Assembly: GCF_001194135.2 (NCBI RefSeq)
Contig: NC_069000.1
Location: forward strand, 9,024,292-9,088,291
DNA from: Octopus bimaculoides
Taxonomy: Eukaryota
Direction: 5' to 3'
Length of the DNA: 64,000 nucleotides
Shown in pieces: positions 13,893 to 27,906 of this stretch (within the stretch, counting starts at the first letter, position 1; each line of letters starts with the position of its first letter). Below the pieces are notes generated by a model. The model did no database searches. It was not told where the DNA came from and was given only the letters and a program-made list of their open reading frames with translations. The position numbers and the translations under genes are program-made.

Positions 13893-14330
13893 GTTAAAAG
13901 GCTGCTTGCACTTCATTTGTTTCATCAATATGCTATGGAGTATTGACATGTTCACCAATACTGGACAGCAGTGGTGGTGGTGCCGGTGATGGCGATGGGG
14001 CTGGTGGTCCAGTGTTGTGAAAAGACTGTGAACACATGACCACAATTCCTTCAGTGTAAGATCAGGCCAACAACCCTCACTGGTCTGGCAAGGGTTGGTG
14101 TGCCCTCAATTTATTTCATGACCATCTAGTCTAGCTAAAGTTTTGACTCTATCCGGAGCTTTCTCTCCTGTCTAGGCTCTCTGGATGTCCTTGAAAACTG
14201 GGGCAGACAAATAGGCAGAGAAGGGCTGGGATGGGCTGGGCTGGGAAAGGGTAGGCAGGGTAAGACACCTCCTACTACCATCTTTTTCTTGCACCTCCAA
14301 ATGATTTTACCAGACTAAATTTTGCATGCA

Positions 14331-14367
<37 letters not shown>

Positions 14368-14611
14368 ACATACATATGTATGTCAGCAGGCTGTCTGACT
14401 GCCTGATATAGACTGTAACAAACATCATCATCATCAATATCTTGATAGTTATGTCATCATTTTCATCATCATCAACATTGTTGTCATCGTCATCTTCTGT
14501 CCCTGATTTCTTCAAGCTTGTCTATCTACATATATAAAGGTTAACATGAATGACTTCAGTGTAAGTGGATACTGTTCTGGGTGTCCCCCTCTTCACCCTG
14601 CCCCCTATACA

Positions 14612-14665
<54 letters not shown>

Positions 14666-15695
14666 NNNNNNNNNNNNNNNNNNNNNNNNNNNNNNNNNNN
14701 NNNNNNNNNNNNNNNNNNNNNNNNNNNNNNNNNNNNNNNNNNNNNNNNNNNNNNNNNNNNNNNNNNNNNNNNNNNNNNNNNNNNNNNNNNNNNNNNNNNN
14801 NNNNNNNNNNNNNNNNNNNNNNNNNNNNNNNNNNNNNNNNNNNNNNNNNNNNNNNNNNNNNNNNNNNNNNNNNNNNNNNNNNNNNNNNNNNNNNNNNNNN
14901 NNNNNNNNNNNNNNNNNNNNNNNNNNNNNNNNNNNNNNNNNNNNNNNNNNNNNNNNNNNNNNNNNNNNNNNNNNNNNNNNNNNNNNNNNNNNNNNNNNNN
15001 NNNNNNNNNNNNNNNNNNNNNNNNNNNNNNNNNNNNNNNNNNNNNNNNNNNNNNNNNNNNNNNNNNNNNNNNNNNNNNNNNNNNNNNNNNNNNNNNNNNN
15101 NNNNNNNNNNNNNNNNNNNNNNNNNNNNNNNNNNNNNNNNNNNNNNNNNNNNNNNNNNNNNNNNNNNNNNNNNNNNNNNNNNNNNNNNNNNNNNNNNNNN
15201 NNNNNNNNNNNNNNNNNNNNNNNNNNNNNNNNNNNNNNNNNNNNNNNNNNNNNNNNNNNNNNNNNNNNNNNNNNNNNNNNNNNNNNNNNNNNNNNNNNNN
15301 NNNNNNNNNNNNNNNNNNNNNNNNNNNNNNNNNNNNNNNNNNNNNNNNNNNNNNNNNNNNNNNNNNNNNNNNNNNNNNNNNNNNNNNNNNNNNNNNNNNN
15401 NNNNNNNNNNNNNNNNNNNNNNNNNNNNNNNNNNNNNNNNNNNNNNNNNNNNNNNNNNNNNNNNNNNNNNNNNNNNNNNNNNNNNNNNNNNNNNNNNNNN
15501 NNNNNNNNNNNNNNNNNNNNNNNNNNNNNNNNNNNNNNNNNNNNNNNNNNNNNNNNNNNNNNNNNNNNNNNNNTGTGTGTGTGTGTGCATGTGTATGTAT
15601 GTATATATATATATGTGTGTGTGTGTGTGTGCATGTGTATGTATGTATATATATATGTGTGTGTGTGTGCATGTGTATGTGTATATATATATATA

Positions 15696-15767
<72 letters not shown>

Positions 15768-15859
15768 AATAAGTGATATATATTCTGCATTTATTTTTGC
15801 ATGTACATACAGCTATATATACGAAATATCACATCTGAAGGTTAAAGAGTTTATGCAGT

Positions 15860-16325
15860 TAATATGTGTGACGGAACATGTGCAGTCTGTATAAGTAAGA
15901 CTAATGCTCAGAACTGCATCAGCAGTGCATGCAAGTCGCTTCCCTCATACGGACACGTGCATTTTGCACAAGCTTGCATGCTCAGACACACACACATGCA
16001 GTTATGATATATGAATTGCACAATAAGACTGATACAGAGTGCATTTGAGGTGTGTCCAGACATGCATTTATAGTGTGTATATATATATGAGCTGTATGCT
16101 CAGAGATATGCACAGTGTGTATAAGGAAGTTGTATACCCAGACATGTGCCATATATGCAAGGTGTATGCTTCAACGTATGATGCAAATTATGAAAAATGC
16201 ATACTATCAGATGTGCAGTATGCATGTGTGTGCACAAGTTATGTGCTCAGAGACATGTGTAGTGTACATGAGATGCATGTTCTGACATGTGCAGTGCATG
16301 CAAAACGAATGCACTGATGCACAAG
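15860..16325. repeat. Degenerate minisatellite (core ATGCTCAGACATGTGCAGTGCATGCAAG)
   Basis: Recurrent CTCAGA/CAGACATG/ATGTGCAG motifs at roughly 35-45 bp spacing. Confidence 0.55.
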
Positions 16326-17289
16326 TGGTGTTTAGCTCTGGTTGTTTGGCATCAAGCGGATAAAACTCCCCTGGATAGGCTGCTGGTCTATTTTAGGTCA
16401 TTTCCAGACAGTTTTCAATGAACAGGCAACAAGCTCCTATTGCTGACAAGTTAGGTAGACCATGCCACGTAGGACTATGCGCATGAATGAAATATATAGT
16501 GAACCAGCTGCTGTGGACTTTGAACTGGAGAGCTTTGGGTTGTGGTGCTACTATGCATTTCGTCCACTCAGCCATTTTGCTGCTGTTATGTCGAGAAGAC
16601 AGCTGGTCGCTGTTGTAGATGGATGTTTTAATGACTAGTCACTTGCAGAGAAAAGAGGGCAGATTAAAGACACAATAGGAATGGTAAAAACTTTAAAAGC
16701 TAGACTGCTTTCTCTGAAATCTCATAAATACAAACACAGACAGATGTGTGTGTTTGCGTGCATATGTATGCATACATGTGTATATTCATGTATTTGTGCA
16801 TGTATGTATTGTATCTACACATACATACATACTCACACATGTATTTAACCTCAGTAATATACCTACAGCACACCAGTGTCCAAATACACATACATATAGG
16901 TGTGTATATATATATATATATGTATATGTACATATGTGTCTGTATGTCTGTATTACACACACACACACACACATAGCACAGCAGCATCAACTGCACACTA
17001 GCATCTAAACACACACACACACACACAAAACTAAATCCATGCCTAACTTAAGAATTTGGTTTTCAGTATAATTAATTTCTCTGTAAACTGATACCATCGT
17101 CTCTCATGTCTGGACAGCTAAGAGCAGTTTAAAGAGGGATGAAGTGTTTTGCCCTGTGCTAGTGGAACCAACTAATCAGCTTTCAGTAATAAAATCCACT
17201 TATAACAACAACAATTCTGAACTGAAATGAACTCAGTGATACATAGGACTCACTACACTGCCTTCTCATTAATTCCACCACTGGTTTCT

Positions 17290-17800
17290 TGTCAATCTGT
17301 GCTTCTCTTGTTAAATCTATAGCAGCCTGTCATTAATTTTACAGTCTCTTCATTTTCTCTACACTGCCTTCATGAGTTCTTACACTACACTCTCACTACC
17401 CTGCTCTCTTGTTCCTCCACGCCATCCTCTCTTTTTGTACTACACTGCCATTCCATTACTCAGTACACTTCCCTCTCATTTTTCACTACACTATTTTGTT
17501 CTGCCTTACTCTGTCCTTTCATTCACTCTCTACAACCCCCTCATTCACTCTGCACTGCTCTCTTGTTTTCTTCTACACTACCCATCATTTCTCATCTCAC
17601 TGCCCTCTTGTTCGTTCTACACTGATCTCTTCTTCCTCATCTCATTACCCTCTCATTCCTCATCTCACTGTTCTTTTGTCCACATTCACTCTACACTTTC
17701 TTCTCATTTACTCAGCACTGCTTTCTTGCTCTAACTGCACTGCCAACTCATTCACCTATGTTCACTATACACTGCTCTTTCACCCTTGCTACACTGCCTT
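17290..17800. repeat. Pyrimidine-rich degenerate repeat (CTACACTGC/CTCTACACT core)
   Basis: Repeated CTACACT motif in a C/T-rich background. Confidence 0.6.
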
Positions 17801-18424
17801 CTCAATCAATCACTCTTTCCTTAAAGAAACTAAGATGTGATTTGTGAGATATATGGTTGCTATTTCTAACGGATCGAGCAACCATATTTTGATACAAATT
17901 AACCCTAGGGCAAGTATAATTAAGCAGAGTTGTAATCAAAAGCATTCCAGCCTCAAAGGATAACAGGCTGTGGAAGTTTGTTAACCAAACATGTGATTTG
18001 GGGTTCAGTCCCAGAGCATGGCTCCTTTGGCAAGTGCCTTCTATTATAGCCTTGTACCTGCTAGAGCCATGTGAGTAGATATTGTGGACAGAAATATAAA
18101 TTAGCCCTTGTCTTGCCATTTGTTGTTGATCATCACCGTCATGTAAACAACGTCATTCATCTCCGAGCTTCACTGAAAACATGTTTGGTGATGGGAAAAT
18201 ATAACTTTGCTTGGAAACAGGTGAGGGTTGATGGCAGGAAACGCATCCTGCTGTAGAAAATCTGCTTCGACAAATTCAGTCTTACCCATGCAAGCATTGA
18301 ACAAAGGGGCATTATAACTATGTTGATAACAAACCTAGAGTTTCTATTTCTATGACAGTAGGGTTTGTGTGTATTAACCCCTTCAGCATTTAAACCGACT
18401 ATCATGCATTATCTTGTATGCTTT

Positions 18425-18640
18425 AAGGCAGCAAGCCAGCAGAAATGTTAGCACACCAGGTGAAATGCTTAGTGGTATTTCGTCTGTCTTTACGTTCTGA
18501 GTTCAAATTCCACCAAGGTAGACTTTGCCTTTCATCCTTTCGAGGTTGATAAATTAAGTACCAGTTGCATACTGGAGTCAATCTAATCGACTAGCCCCCT
18601 CCCCAAAAGTTTCAGGCCTTGTTCCCAGAGTAGAAAGGAT
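18425..18640 (+). mobile_element. SINE family B inside piggyBac-type MITE fragments (18374-18735)
   Basis: Colinear with 7832-8090; flanks resemble the TTAA-CCCTT MITE at 52023-52282. Confidence 0.75.
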
Positions 18641-19108
18641 TTAAACCAACTATATCCAGCCGAAATAGTCTACTCATTTTATGTTCAAACTGGCCAGATC
18701 TGGCATGTTACACCTACCCTACAATGTCACTCCAAGAATTAGCAACCGCATCGTCGAAATCTTGTGAGCAAGATTTGGCTGCTATTTCTGGCATGTTAAG
18801 TGACCTATCTGTTTGTCTCTGTTCTGCAGCGAAGGAATGCCCCCACACAGCCATGCTGATGACTGACCTGCTTCCCTCACAGTTGCCATGTCTGTGTATC
18901 CCTGCATGGAAGGCCCCATCTAGCTAGGCCCTTAAATATTCCAACATGTGGAAGTGTTTAACTGCAGAGGTGATGTGTGTATGTAGGTGGGGGGGGATAC
19001 GTGGTCTTCACTAACACACCTGGCTTTTTACTTTATTACTCATCACAACTCACTAAACATTCATTAGCTACCATACTTCCTCTTTAACCTTCTTGCCTTC
19101 CCCCACTC

Positions 19109-19149
<41 letters not shown>

Positions 19150-19467
19150 NNNNNNNNNNNNNNNNNNNNNNNNNNNNNNNNNNNNNNNNNNNNNNNNNNN
19201 NNNNNNNNNNNNNNNNNNNNNNNNNNNNNNNNNNNNNNNNNNNNNNNNNNNNNNNNNNNNNNNNNNNNNNNNNNNNNNNNNNNNNNNNNNNNNNNNNNNN
19301 NNNNNNNNNNNNNNNNNNNNNNNNNNNNNNNNNNNNNNNNNNNNNNNNNNNNNNNNNNNNNNNNNNNNNNNNNNNNNNNNNNNNNNNNNNNNNNNNNNNN
19401 NNNNNNNNNNNNNNNNNNNNNNNNNNNNNNNNNNNNNNNNNNNNNNNNNNNNNNNNNNNNNNNNNNN

Positions 19468-19498
<31 letters not shown>

Positions 19499-20279
19499 GA
19501 GAGAGAGAGAAAATTGTGTGTAGGTATATATATATATATATGTATATACATATATATACACACACATGCACAATTATGTGTGTGTATATGTATGTTTATA
19601 TAATGTGTGTGTTTCTACCATTTTCTTCTGCAGCCTTCCCATCTTTCCTTTCTGGTACTCTTCTCTCTTGTCTCTCTGGTCTCTATTTATCTATCTCTCC
19701 CTTCCTTTCTTCCTTTTCTCTCTTGATCCATCATTATTCACTGTTTCTTTTTAATTCTGATCTCTCACCATCACCTTTTCTTCTTCCTCTCTCTCTCTCT
19801 CTCTCTCTCTCCACGAATCATTCTAATCATTTCAGTTTCTCTCTTTCTCTCTTTCCATGTCATTTCTCCCACCCACTCCATCATTCCATGCAAATCCAAA
19901 ATTAATTACAGTAACTTTCTTGAAACTTTACCCTAGTCCTGCCCCCTCCCCCTCAACCTCAAGTTTTTCTATTATCATTTTCTTAATCACACGACCCCCT
20001 CCTCCTCCTCCTCCTCTCAATATCTTCCCCAGTTTTAATTACTAATTCCAATCTTACACTTCTTTCTTGTTATTATTTTACCTTTTTTTTTTTATTTATT
20101 CCTGTTTTGTATTATTTAAAGTATCAGGTGTTACGCCTACCCTTCCCCCTATTTTGATTCTTCATCATATAAAATGACAAATCTCACCCATATTTGCCCC
20201 ACTGCGTCTCCTCACTGCCCTGTCCCCCCTTTCATCACTGGAGAAGTTAAAAGCAAAACTAGACGACTACTATTACTGG

Positions 20280-20785
20280 TACTCCATCAGTTACAACGAT
20301 GAGTTTTCCAGTTGATCTGATCAACAGAACAATCTGCTCATAAAATTAATGTTCAAGTGGTTGAGTACTCCACAGACATGCATACCCTTGACATAGTTCT
20401 GAGGGAGATTCAGTGTGACACAGAATGTGACGGGGCTGGCCCCTTTTGAACTCCAGGTACTTATTCATTTTTGCCAGCTGAGTGGACTGGAGCAATGTAG
20501 AATGAAGTGTCTTGCTCAAGGACAAACACACCACCAGGTATCAAACTCACAACCTTACAGTCATGATCCAGCTACCCTAGCCACTAAGCCACGCACCTTT
20601 AGCATGACCCCAAATGTGACATGGCTTGGCCCTTTGAAATACAGGTGCTACTCATTTTTGCCAGCTGAGTGGACTGAAGGAATGGGAAATAAGTGTCTTC
20701 AAAGACACAATGTGCCACCAGAAATTGAACACATGACCTTGTGATTATGAGCCAAATCTTCTAACCGCTAAGCCACGAGCTTTCA
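20280..20785 (-). mobile_element. Two SINE family D copies (20280-20598 full, about 20605-20785 partial)
   Basis: Reverse complement of the tRNA-like head TGGCTTAGTGG...GAGTTCAATTCC and the TTGTGTCCTTGAGCAAGACACTT core. Confidence 0.8.
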
Positions 20786-22287
20786 CTACGACTATAAGCT
20801 AAATGAAAGTTGATTTTGTATAATTGACCCTGATCAAGTAGATTAATGATGATAAGGCACTTCAGCCAATGAGAACCCTTTTTCGTTTCTAGTAAAAAAA
20901 AAGATGCTTTGAGTGGCAAAAGTGGCCATTCTCACAGTACAAATTAGCCACATATGAAAGAGAGTATGAGAGCTAGGGAGGGTGTGAAAAGGAGAATCTA
21001 TTCCAGTACTTGATTGGTGTTTGTCACTCACAGAAGAACAAAAGGCAAAGTTGACATTAGTAAAAGTTTGAAACCAAAGTGTGGAGAGTGAAAGCTGTGA
21101 CATGTAACAAGATAAAATTGGCAAAAATCGGCAATTTGAAATTCTCCCCAAATATTTATTTTATTATTGAATTCTATCAATATAATCGTAATCTAGACCT
21201 TCGAAAATGTATCTCTGCGAAATTTCATGAACCACATCTATCTTTTCCAGAAAGTTAGAGGGGTATCAAAGTTTGAATCCGGGTCGACCTAGAGCTTAAA
21301 AGCAACATAATATATACATTCGGGATCAACATTTATACACACGCCGTCAATTCGTATTATTTCTTGTTTCTGGTTGTTATTGTTGTATAGGCTAAAGTCT
21401 GCCCTGCTGAAGCATTCCAGACGTGGCTATCCCACCTCGTGCTTTTCTTAATTCATCCACTTAATCACAACATCTAATGTGTCTTCTTTTTTTAACAGTT
21501 CAGGGTGTAATTTTTGAGATTCGACTGCTATTTCTAGTAGATCTAACAATCACGTAGAATCCCTCCCCCACAGTTGCCCATTTATTTACTCCCAGCGCTA
21601 ATATATATCCCTACTCATTCTGTTATCCTGCTATACACAGAACATATTATACACGCGTGTATAGACACAATAAACACGTAAACTTATACATCTACAGTAC
21701 ATGTACCTATGAAATAATCGGTGTCAACGCACGCGCCCAGACGAGTACGCACAGTCTCTCTATTTATACACGCTCTCATATGCCTCTGTGTATATATATT
21801 ATATATATAGTCTCTGTACGTACAACTGTGTAGTGTCAACACTGCGCTTAGTGCTTTCCCTCCTATCTATCTTGCTTCCCCTCGACTCGACCCTAACCTT
21901 CACTTCTCTCTCTCTCTCTTTTCGGTCTGTTTACAAACTTGTAACTATACTTTGTCTATTTACGACTCCGTCCCTTAACGACAAACACAGAACCATCGCA
22001 CATTTCTGATTGGGTTTTTCACTCTGGCTTAACTTTATATTACTGTTGCTTTCTCTCGTTCTCTCTCTCTCATATATCAACTCTTCCTTCTTTCCCTCCC
22101 TCTTTTATTAACTTTCTGTCTTTCTCCTTCAACATCTTTCTCTCCCTCTCTCTCTCGTTTTTCTTCCTCTCTTTCATCCTCTTTTTTTTAACCCTCTCTC
22201 TTTCGTTTCGTCTGAGATGTAATATTAGATAGATAGAAAGATAAAGAGAGAGAGAGAGAATGAGAGAAATAGAGCGAGAGTGTGTGT

Positions 22288-22362
22288 GGAGGCGGTAGGT
22301 AGCCTAATCCCTCATCAATTTCTTTATTAAAACACGTTTTCCTTACTACTGCTCTCTCAGTC
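22288..22362 (+). promoter_or_regulatory. Candidate distal core promoter P1
   Basis: GA-rich run, GGAGGCGG (22288-95), TATTAAA (22325-31) and Inr-like TCAGTC (22357-62, 34 nt spacing), inside a CpG-rich zone. Same layout as P2. Confidence 0.3.
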
Positions 22363-22545
22363 ACTTATTTTGAGTTTCCCATGAGGTGAAACACAAATAG
22401 ACAGACAGACCACAATAAATCCATAACATCCACGGACATGGGGACAGAAATCTAGGCAAAGTATTGCAACCCCCCTCCGTACCGTGATAAAATAGAATAT
22501 GAGCGTAGATTTCTCGGATAATTAATAGTAATAAAAATAAAAGAA

Positions 22546-22583
<38 letters not shown>

Positions 22584-23376
22584 NNNNNNNNNNNNNNNNN
22601 NNNNNNNNNNNNNNNNNNNNNNNNNNNNNNNNNNNNNNNNNNNNNNNNNNNNNNNNNNNNNNNNNNNNNNNNNNNNNNNNNNNNNNNNNNNNNNNNNNNN
22701 NNNNNNNNNNNNNNNNNNNNNNNNNNNNNNNNNNNNNNNNNNNNNNNNNNNNNNNNNNNNNNNNNNNNNNNNNNNNNNNNNNNNNNNNNNNNNNNNNNNN
22801 NNNNNNNNNNNNNNNNNNNNNNNNNNNNNNNNNNNNNNNNNNNNNNNNNNNNNNNNNNNNNNNNNNNNNNNNNNNNNNNNNNNNNNNNNNNNNNNNNNNN
22901 NNNNNNNNNNNNNNNNNNNNNNNNNNNNNNNNNNNNNNNNNNNNNNNNNNNNNNNNNNNNNNNNNNNNNNNNNNNNNNNNNNNNNNNNNNNNNNNNNNNN
23001 NNNNNNNNNNNNNNNNNNNNNNNNNNNNNNNNNNNNNNNNNNNNNNNNNNNNNNNNNNNNNNNNNNNNNNNNNNNNNNNNNNNNNNNNNNNNNNNNNNNN
23101 NNNNNNNNNNNNNNNNNNNNNNNNNNNNNNNNNNNNNNNNNNNNNNNNNNNNNNNNNNNNNNNNNNNNNNNNNNNNNNNNNNNNNNNNNNNNNNNNNNNN
23201 NNNNNNNNNNNNNNNNNNNNNNNNNNNNNNNNNNNNNNNNNNNNNNNNNNNNNNNNNNNNNNNNNNNNNNNNNNNNNNNNNNNNNNNNNNNNNNNNNNNN
23301 NNNNNNNNNNNNNNNNNNNNNNNNNNNNNNNNNNNNNNNNNNNNNNNNNNNNNNNNNNNNNNNNNNNNNNNNNNNN

Positions 23377-23671
23377 ATATATATAGATGGATTGTGCGTG
23401 TGTGTGTAATGAGAAGCCCACAATTAGGTCATATGCGAAGCTAAATAACAAGGGGTAATCGCAGCACTACATGAAATATTTATACTTTACTTTGGTTATT
23501 GAGTATTTTTTTCTTTCTTGTTTGGAAAGCTCAAACGTATTCTTCACACACACACCCTACATTTACGAAACCTCCATCTCCAACGGACTTTCAGTCCCTC
23601 CTCCACTTGTTTTTCTGACTTTATTATAAATAAATACCAATGTTATCAAATTGGATCGCCTGTAACTGAAG
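23377..23671 (+). other. Possible 3' part of a non-coding first exon
   Basis: Unique CpG-containing sequence ending GAAG|GTAATA (donor 23672). No in-frame ATG. Unsupported without transcripts. Confidence 0.2.
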
Positions 23672-24559
23672 GTAATATTATCGGAAATGAATGTAAAAAA
23701 AGTTTTTAAACTCTTTGAGTGACGGTAAAAAAGACCGCTTCCCATTTATGACCAGTGACTGCTTTAAAGTTAAACGAAAGTTTTCCATCCCGTCCTACTG
23801 TCTTATAATTAATATATTAATTCGATCATAATTCCATTTCCACCTTAGATAATTTGTAGGAACATAAATCGACCCCAGTGCTTGACTTGTGTTATATTTT
23901 ATCGAACTTTTTGCCCAACACTAGTCCGCTATAGGAAGCTAACAAGGAACCCTCTCTCCACTGGCCATATTGTCCAGTTACTAGAGGGCTATGAGCGTCT
24001 GATAATAATATTAAGTTCAGTCTTGTTCTTCTCTTGGACTAACAATAACCATAATTCCTAGCTTAAGTACAATGCCTCAGCTGATTAAATCAACTCCAGT
24101 ACACATTACAATCATTCTAACATCCACTTTTCCATACTTGCATGGGTTAAATAGAATTCACGAAGGCAGTTTTTCTATGGGCAGATGCTCTTCCTATTGC
24201 CAACCCTCACTTGTTTCCAAGCTTGGTAATATTTCCCTATGGCTAGGCACACACATGCATGCACGCTTGTGTGCATGTGCATATATATATGACAGGCTTC
24301 TTTCAGTTTCCATCTATCAAATCTACTCACAAGGCTTTGGTCAGCCCAAAGCTACAGTAGAAGACAGTTCTTGCGTAAGGTGTCATGCACTGGAACTGAA
24401 CCCAGAACCATGTGGTTGGAAAGTAAGCTTCTTGCACACCTAATTTCATTTTTTTTTTATTCTATGGTAAGATGTGCAATGTGGGAGAGTTCTGGCCTGT
24501 GTACTTGTCTGCTGTTTTGTTATTTAGTTCCATCCCTAGATTAGGAATGATCAACCAAA

Positions 24560-25060
24560 GTGCCACCTAAAAAGCATTGGTGTGGGTGCTGGTGCCATAT
24601 AAAAACACCCAGTACACCCAGTGAAGTTTTTGGTGTCAGGAAGGGCATCCAGGTGAAGAACCCATGCCAAAGCAGACTGTGGAACCTGGTGTGGCCTCTG
24701 GACTTGCCAGTTCCTGTCAAGGTGTTCAACCCATGCCAGCATGGAAAACAGTCCTTAAATGTTGATCATGATGATGATGATGCATATGTGCTTGTGTGTG
24801 TTTGTTTCCTTGTCTTGACATTGCATAAAGATTGTAAATGAGTGCTACTGTCTGTCATACAAACAGTGTCTGCCATTCATTTCCAGTAATTTTACAAAAT
24901 CATGTCCGGTCACAGGGGAAGTTATTAGCTTGCTTGGTAACAGGCAAGGGTTGATGACAGGAACAGCATCCAGCCAAAGAAAAAAATCCATTCTCAGTAA
25001 ACTCAATCTGACCCCTGTAGGCATGGGGAAATGGACATTGTGGTGACGATAATGATGATG
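24560..25060 (+). mobile_element. Adjacent family C and family E SINE-like elements with (GAT)n tails
   Basis: Both end in ...CCCATGC(A/C)AGCATGG...(GAT)n-like tails; family E homologues at about 2010, 18130 and 40130. Confidence 0.7.
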
Positions 25061-25752
25061 ATTTTTATCAAATTACAAAAGCATGATGCAACTTATTACA
25101 TCTTTTTACATTGGTATACTCTGTCTGTCTGTCTCTCTCTCCCTCACACACACACACACACACACATGCTAGAACCCTAAACATTCTATCCACTCTGTAT
25201 AGATTTGCTTGTGGAAAGAGCACAAGACCTTTGCCCAATCTACTGTGCATTGGAATCAAACCTGAAATGTGATAGATTTCCTTTTAATCCCAATCAAATA
25301 ATAGAAACGGCAATAACACTTGTCTGCAGCATTCACACATTGAAATAACAACTCATGTTACACTTTGGTGTGTAATAATAATAATAATAATAACAATAAC
25401 AATAGAGTATCAATAAAAACATTCACACATAGAACAGTAAGTATATGTTAAAAATAACAGCTGTATTCAATGTCGACAGAGAAACTGCAAATAACATACA
25501 ACGTGCATACATAGGAACACACATGAACAAGACAGGGTTGCTGGCATTGAATAATGGAACAAGTGGGGGGAAGGAAGGAGGTGCATTTATGTGCTACATA
25601 AACAAAGAACACAAAACTTTATATATATAGATATATGTTTATATATATTTGTGTGTGTGTATATTATATACCACATACATATGCATATATACTTGCTCAC
25701 ATTGACACACATACATATATTCCACACACATGCATATATACTGACACATTTT

Positions 25753-25785
<33 letters not shown>

Positions 25786-25844
25786 TTTTTTCCCACACAC
25801 ATGCATATATACTAGTACACATTCATACACACAGACGCACACAG

Positions 25845-25891
<47 letters not shown>

Positions 25892-26444
25892 AACAATCAT
25901 ACAGAGACAGCAGTACAGAAATAAAATACATGTTGGGCTGAATAATAGATTGAAAATAGCACACACACACACACACACACACACGTTGCCACTATTCCAG
26001 CAAAATTCAATGAATCACAGACCAAATCCACTGTCCAGTCACCATAGAATATGCACAGCAACTTTTATGGTATTACTCTCTTTACATTCATTCAATCAGG
26101 TCAAGCTTTGTTCTGTCCTTGGTTTTATTCTCCCAGTGTCTGAAAGTTAATTATAAATCAGTGCTTGCCTGCCCACCCCCCTCTCTCTTTTCCCCTACCT
26201 CTGAACGTTTGGATATTGCGGGGTGAGGGCTGAGCTTTCTTCTCTTTTTTCCATATATACTTCAAAGATTGACTTTATCCATTTTTTTTTTAGGTCAAGG
26301 TTGCCTTTCATCTTCACAGACAGGAGTTTTGGTTTTGATTTTTAATGTTTTGGTCAATAAGTACCAGTGATACACTGGGTTTGATTCAGTTGGCGATATT
26401 CCACATTTGCTCTCAAAGAACAGAGAGAAAGGTATCATCCATGT

Positions 26445-26650
26445 AGTGTCTGGTTCCCATGCAAGCAGGGGTTGGACAACAGTTGACAGGAGCTGTACAA
26501 GGCTCCATTTGTCTATTTTGGCTTGGTTTCTACAGCTGAATGCCCTTCCTAACACCAGCCACTTTACAGAGCATACTGGGTGTTTTTTACATGGCACCAG
26601 CACCAATGATTTTTATATGGCACCATCATTAGTGCTTTTAACGTGGCACC
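26445..26650 (-). mobile_element. Family C element
   Basis: Reverse complement of the 24560-24780 type sequence. Confidence 0.7.
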
Positions 26651-27069
26651 AGTACTTTTAGGTATTTGAGGATGAAATGTGGGTGGCAGGGGAGAGCCCT
26701 CCATAGACAAGCATTATCAAGGTGGTTTTTCATAAAATCACATTTTTTGTTTTCTTGCCTAAAATGTAGGGTTTTTGTGCCCAGCCATAAAGAAACTAAT
26801 ATTTGATAGTGATGTGGTAGGAACATTAAAACAACAGACTAAATAATTCATTGCATTTTTTATTCGTCTTTCTACATCCCAAGTTCAAATCCTGCCGTTT
26901 CAACCTCGCTATTGAGATTAATTAAATTAACAACATAACTCCTTCTGTAAGGGTTCATCATCATCATCATCATCAACCTTGGAGATTCCTTTGTCAATTC
27001 CTGGGACTCAGAGGGCCAGTTACCCAATTTTGAGGGCATGTAAGTGACTAAGATCACAATATTGCCCCT

Positions 27070-27240
27070 GAATGGGACACGAGTACATCATAGATTTACT
27101 TATTTGCATCTGAGCAGATTAGGGCAATGTGAAATAAGGTGTTTTGCTCAAGCTCACAACACACTGCCTGATGTGGGAACCGAACCCACGATCTTACGAG
27201 TGTGAGTGCAGCACCCTAACCACCAGGTTACACACCTTCA
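27070..27240 (-). mobile_element. SINE family G (D-like head), partial
   Basis: Reverse complement of the head seen at 57761 and 60026. Confidence 0.6.
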
Positions 27241-27330
27241 CTCCATAAAGTTTGACTCTCTGCCAAAGTGAGAAACTTGGCGGAGGGTCAAAATTGCTGG
27301 CCATGTGCCTCAGTTAGAAACCAAAAAAGG

Positions 27331-27548
27331 AAAGTAGCAAGCTGGCAGAATTGTTAGCACACCGGGCGAAATGCTTAGCTGTATTTCGTCTGCTGTTTTG
27401 TTATGAGTTCAAATTCCACTGAGGTCAACTTTGCCTTTCATCCTTTCAGGGTCGATAAATTAAGTACCAGTTGAGTACTGGGTTCAATGTAATCGACTGT
27501 CTCCCTCCCCAAAATTTCAGGCCTCGTTCCTATAGTAGAAAGAATTAT
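27331..27548 (+). mobile_element. SINE family B
   Basis: Colinear with other B copies. Confidence 0.85.
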
Positions 27549-27867
27549 TGTCGGTACAATGACATCACAGAAGACTATGTCTTTGGATTATCAATAATTG
27601 CTTTCTCTTAACTCAAAGTTAGACTCTTTCTACAGTAAAGGCATGAGATTTATTTGCACTTGATTTTATTTTATTTTTTTTCTTTGGAAGAATATGAAGT
27701 AAGATTTGATGGTGTGGGCAGATCCAGCCACGTGAACAATTCTGATAACTTCGTGAAAAACATCACACTAAATAGGTATGCTGACAGTCATCTTCATGAT
27801 CATCATCATCTCCAAGTAGCTAGCTGTTGACCATGTCAGAGACATCTGCTTTATAGTACCTACTCAG

Positions 27868-27906
<39 letters not shown>

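Larger units (their letters stand above)
1163..23376. other. Assembly gaps
   Basis: N runs at 1163-1821, 3521-4070, 5424-5591, 6526-7196, 10817-11045, 12103-12603, 14666-15573, 19150-19467 and 22584-23376, mostly flanked by microsatellites. Confidence 1.
21110..23900. promoter_or_regulatory. CpG-retaining, SINE-poor segment (promoter-like)
   Basis: Dozens of CpGs (e.g. acgcacgcgccc, gacgagtacgca, ctcgactcga) against strong CpG depletion in the rest of the window. Spans an N gap at 22584-23376. Confidence 0.4.

Noticed and set aside
13436-14028. Possible hAT MITE enclosing the mini-piggyBac
   Set aside because: TIR match is poor (CAGTATTTCTC vs CAGTCTTTTCA) and there is no 8-bp TSD.
1089-23451. 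Long ORFs of 200-420 aa in the ORF track
   Set aside because: They run through N gaps and (CA)/(TA)/(GA) microsatellites; artefacts.
27160-27240. tRNA-like sequences at SINE heads (also 32686, 57761, 60026)
   Set aside because: A/B boxes only, continuous with SINE bodies; no complete cloverleaf.
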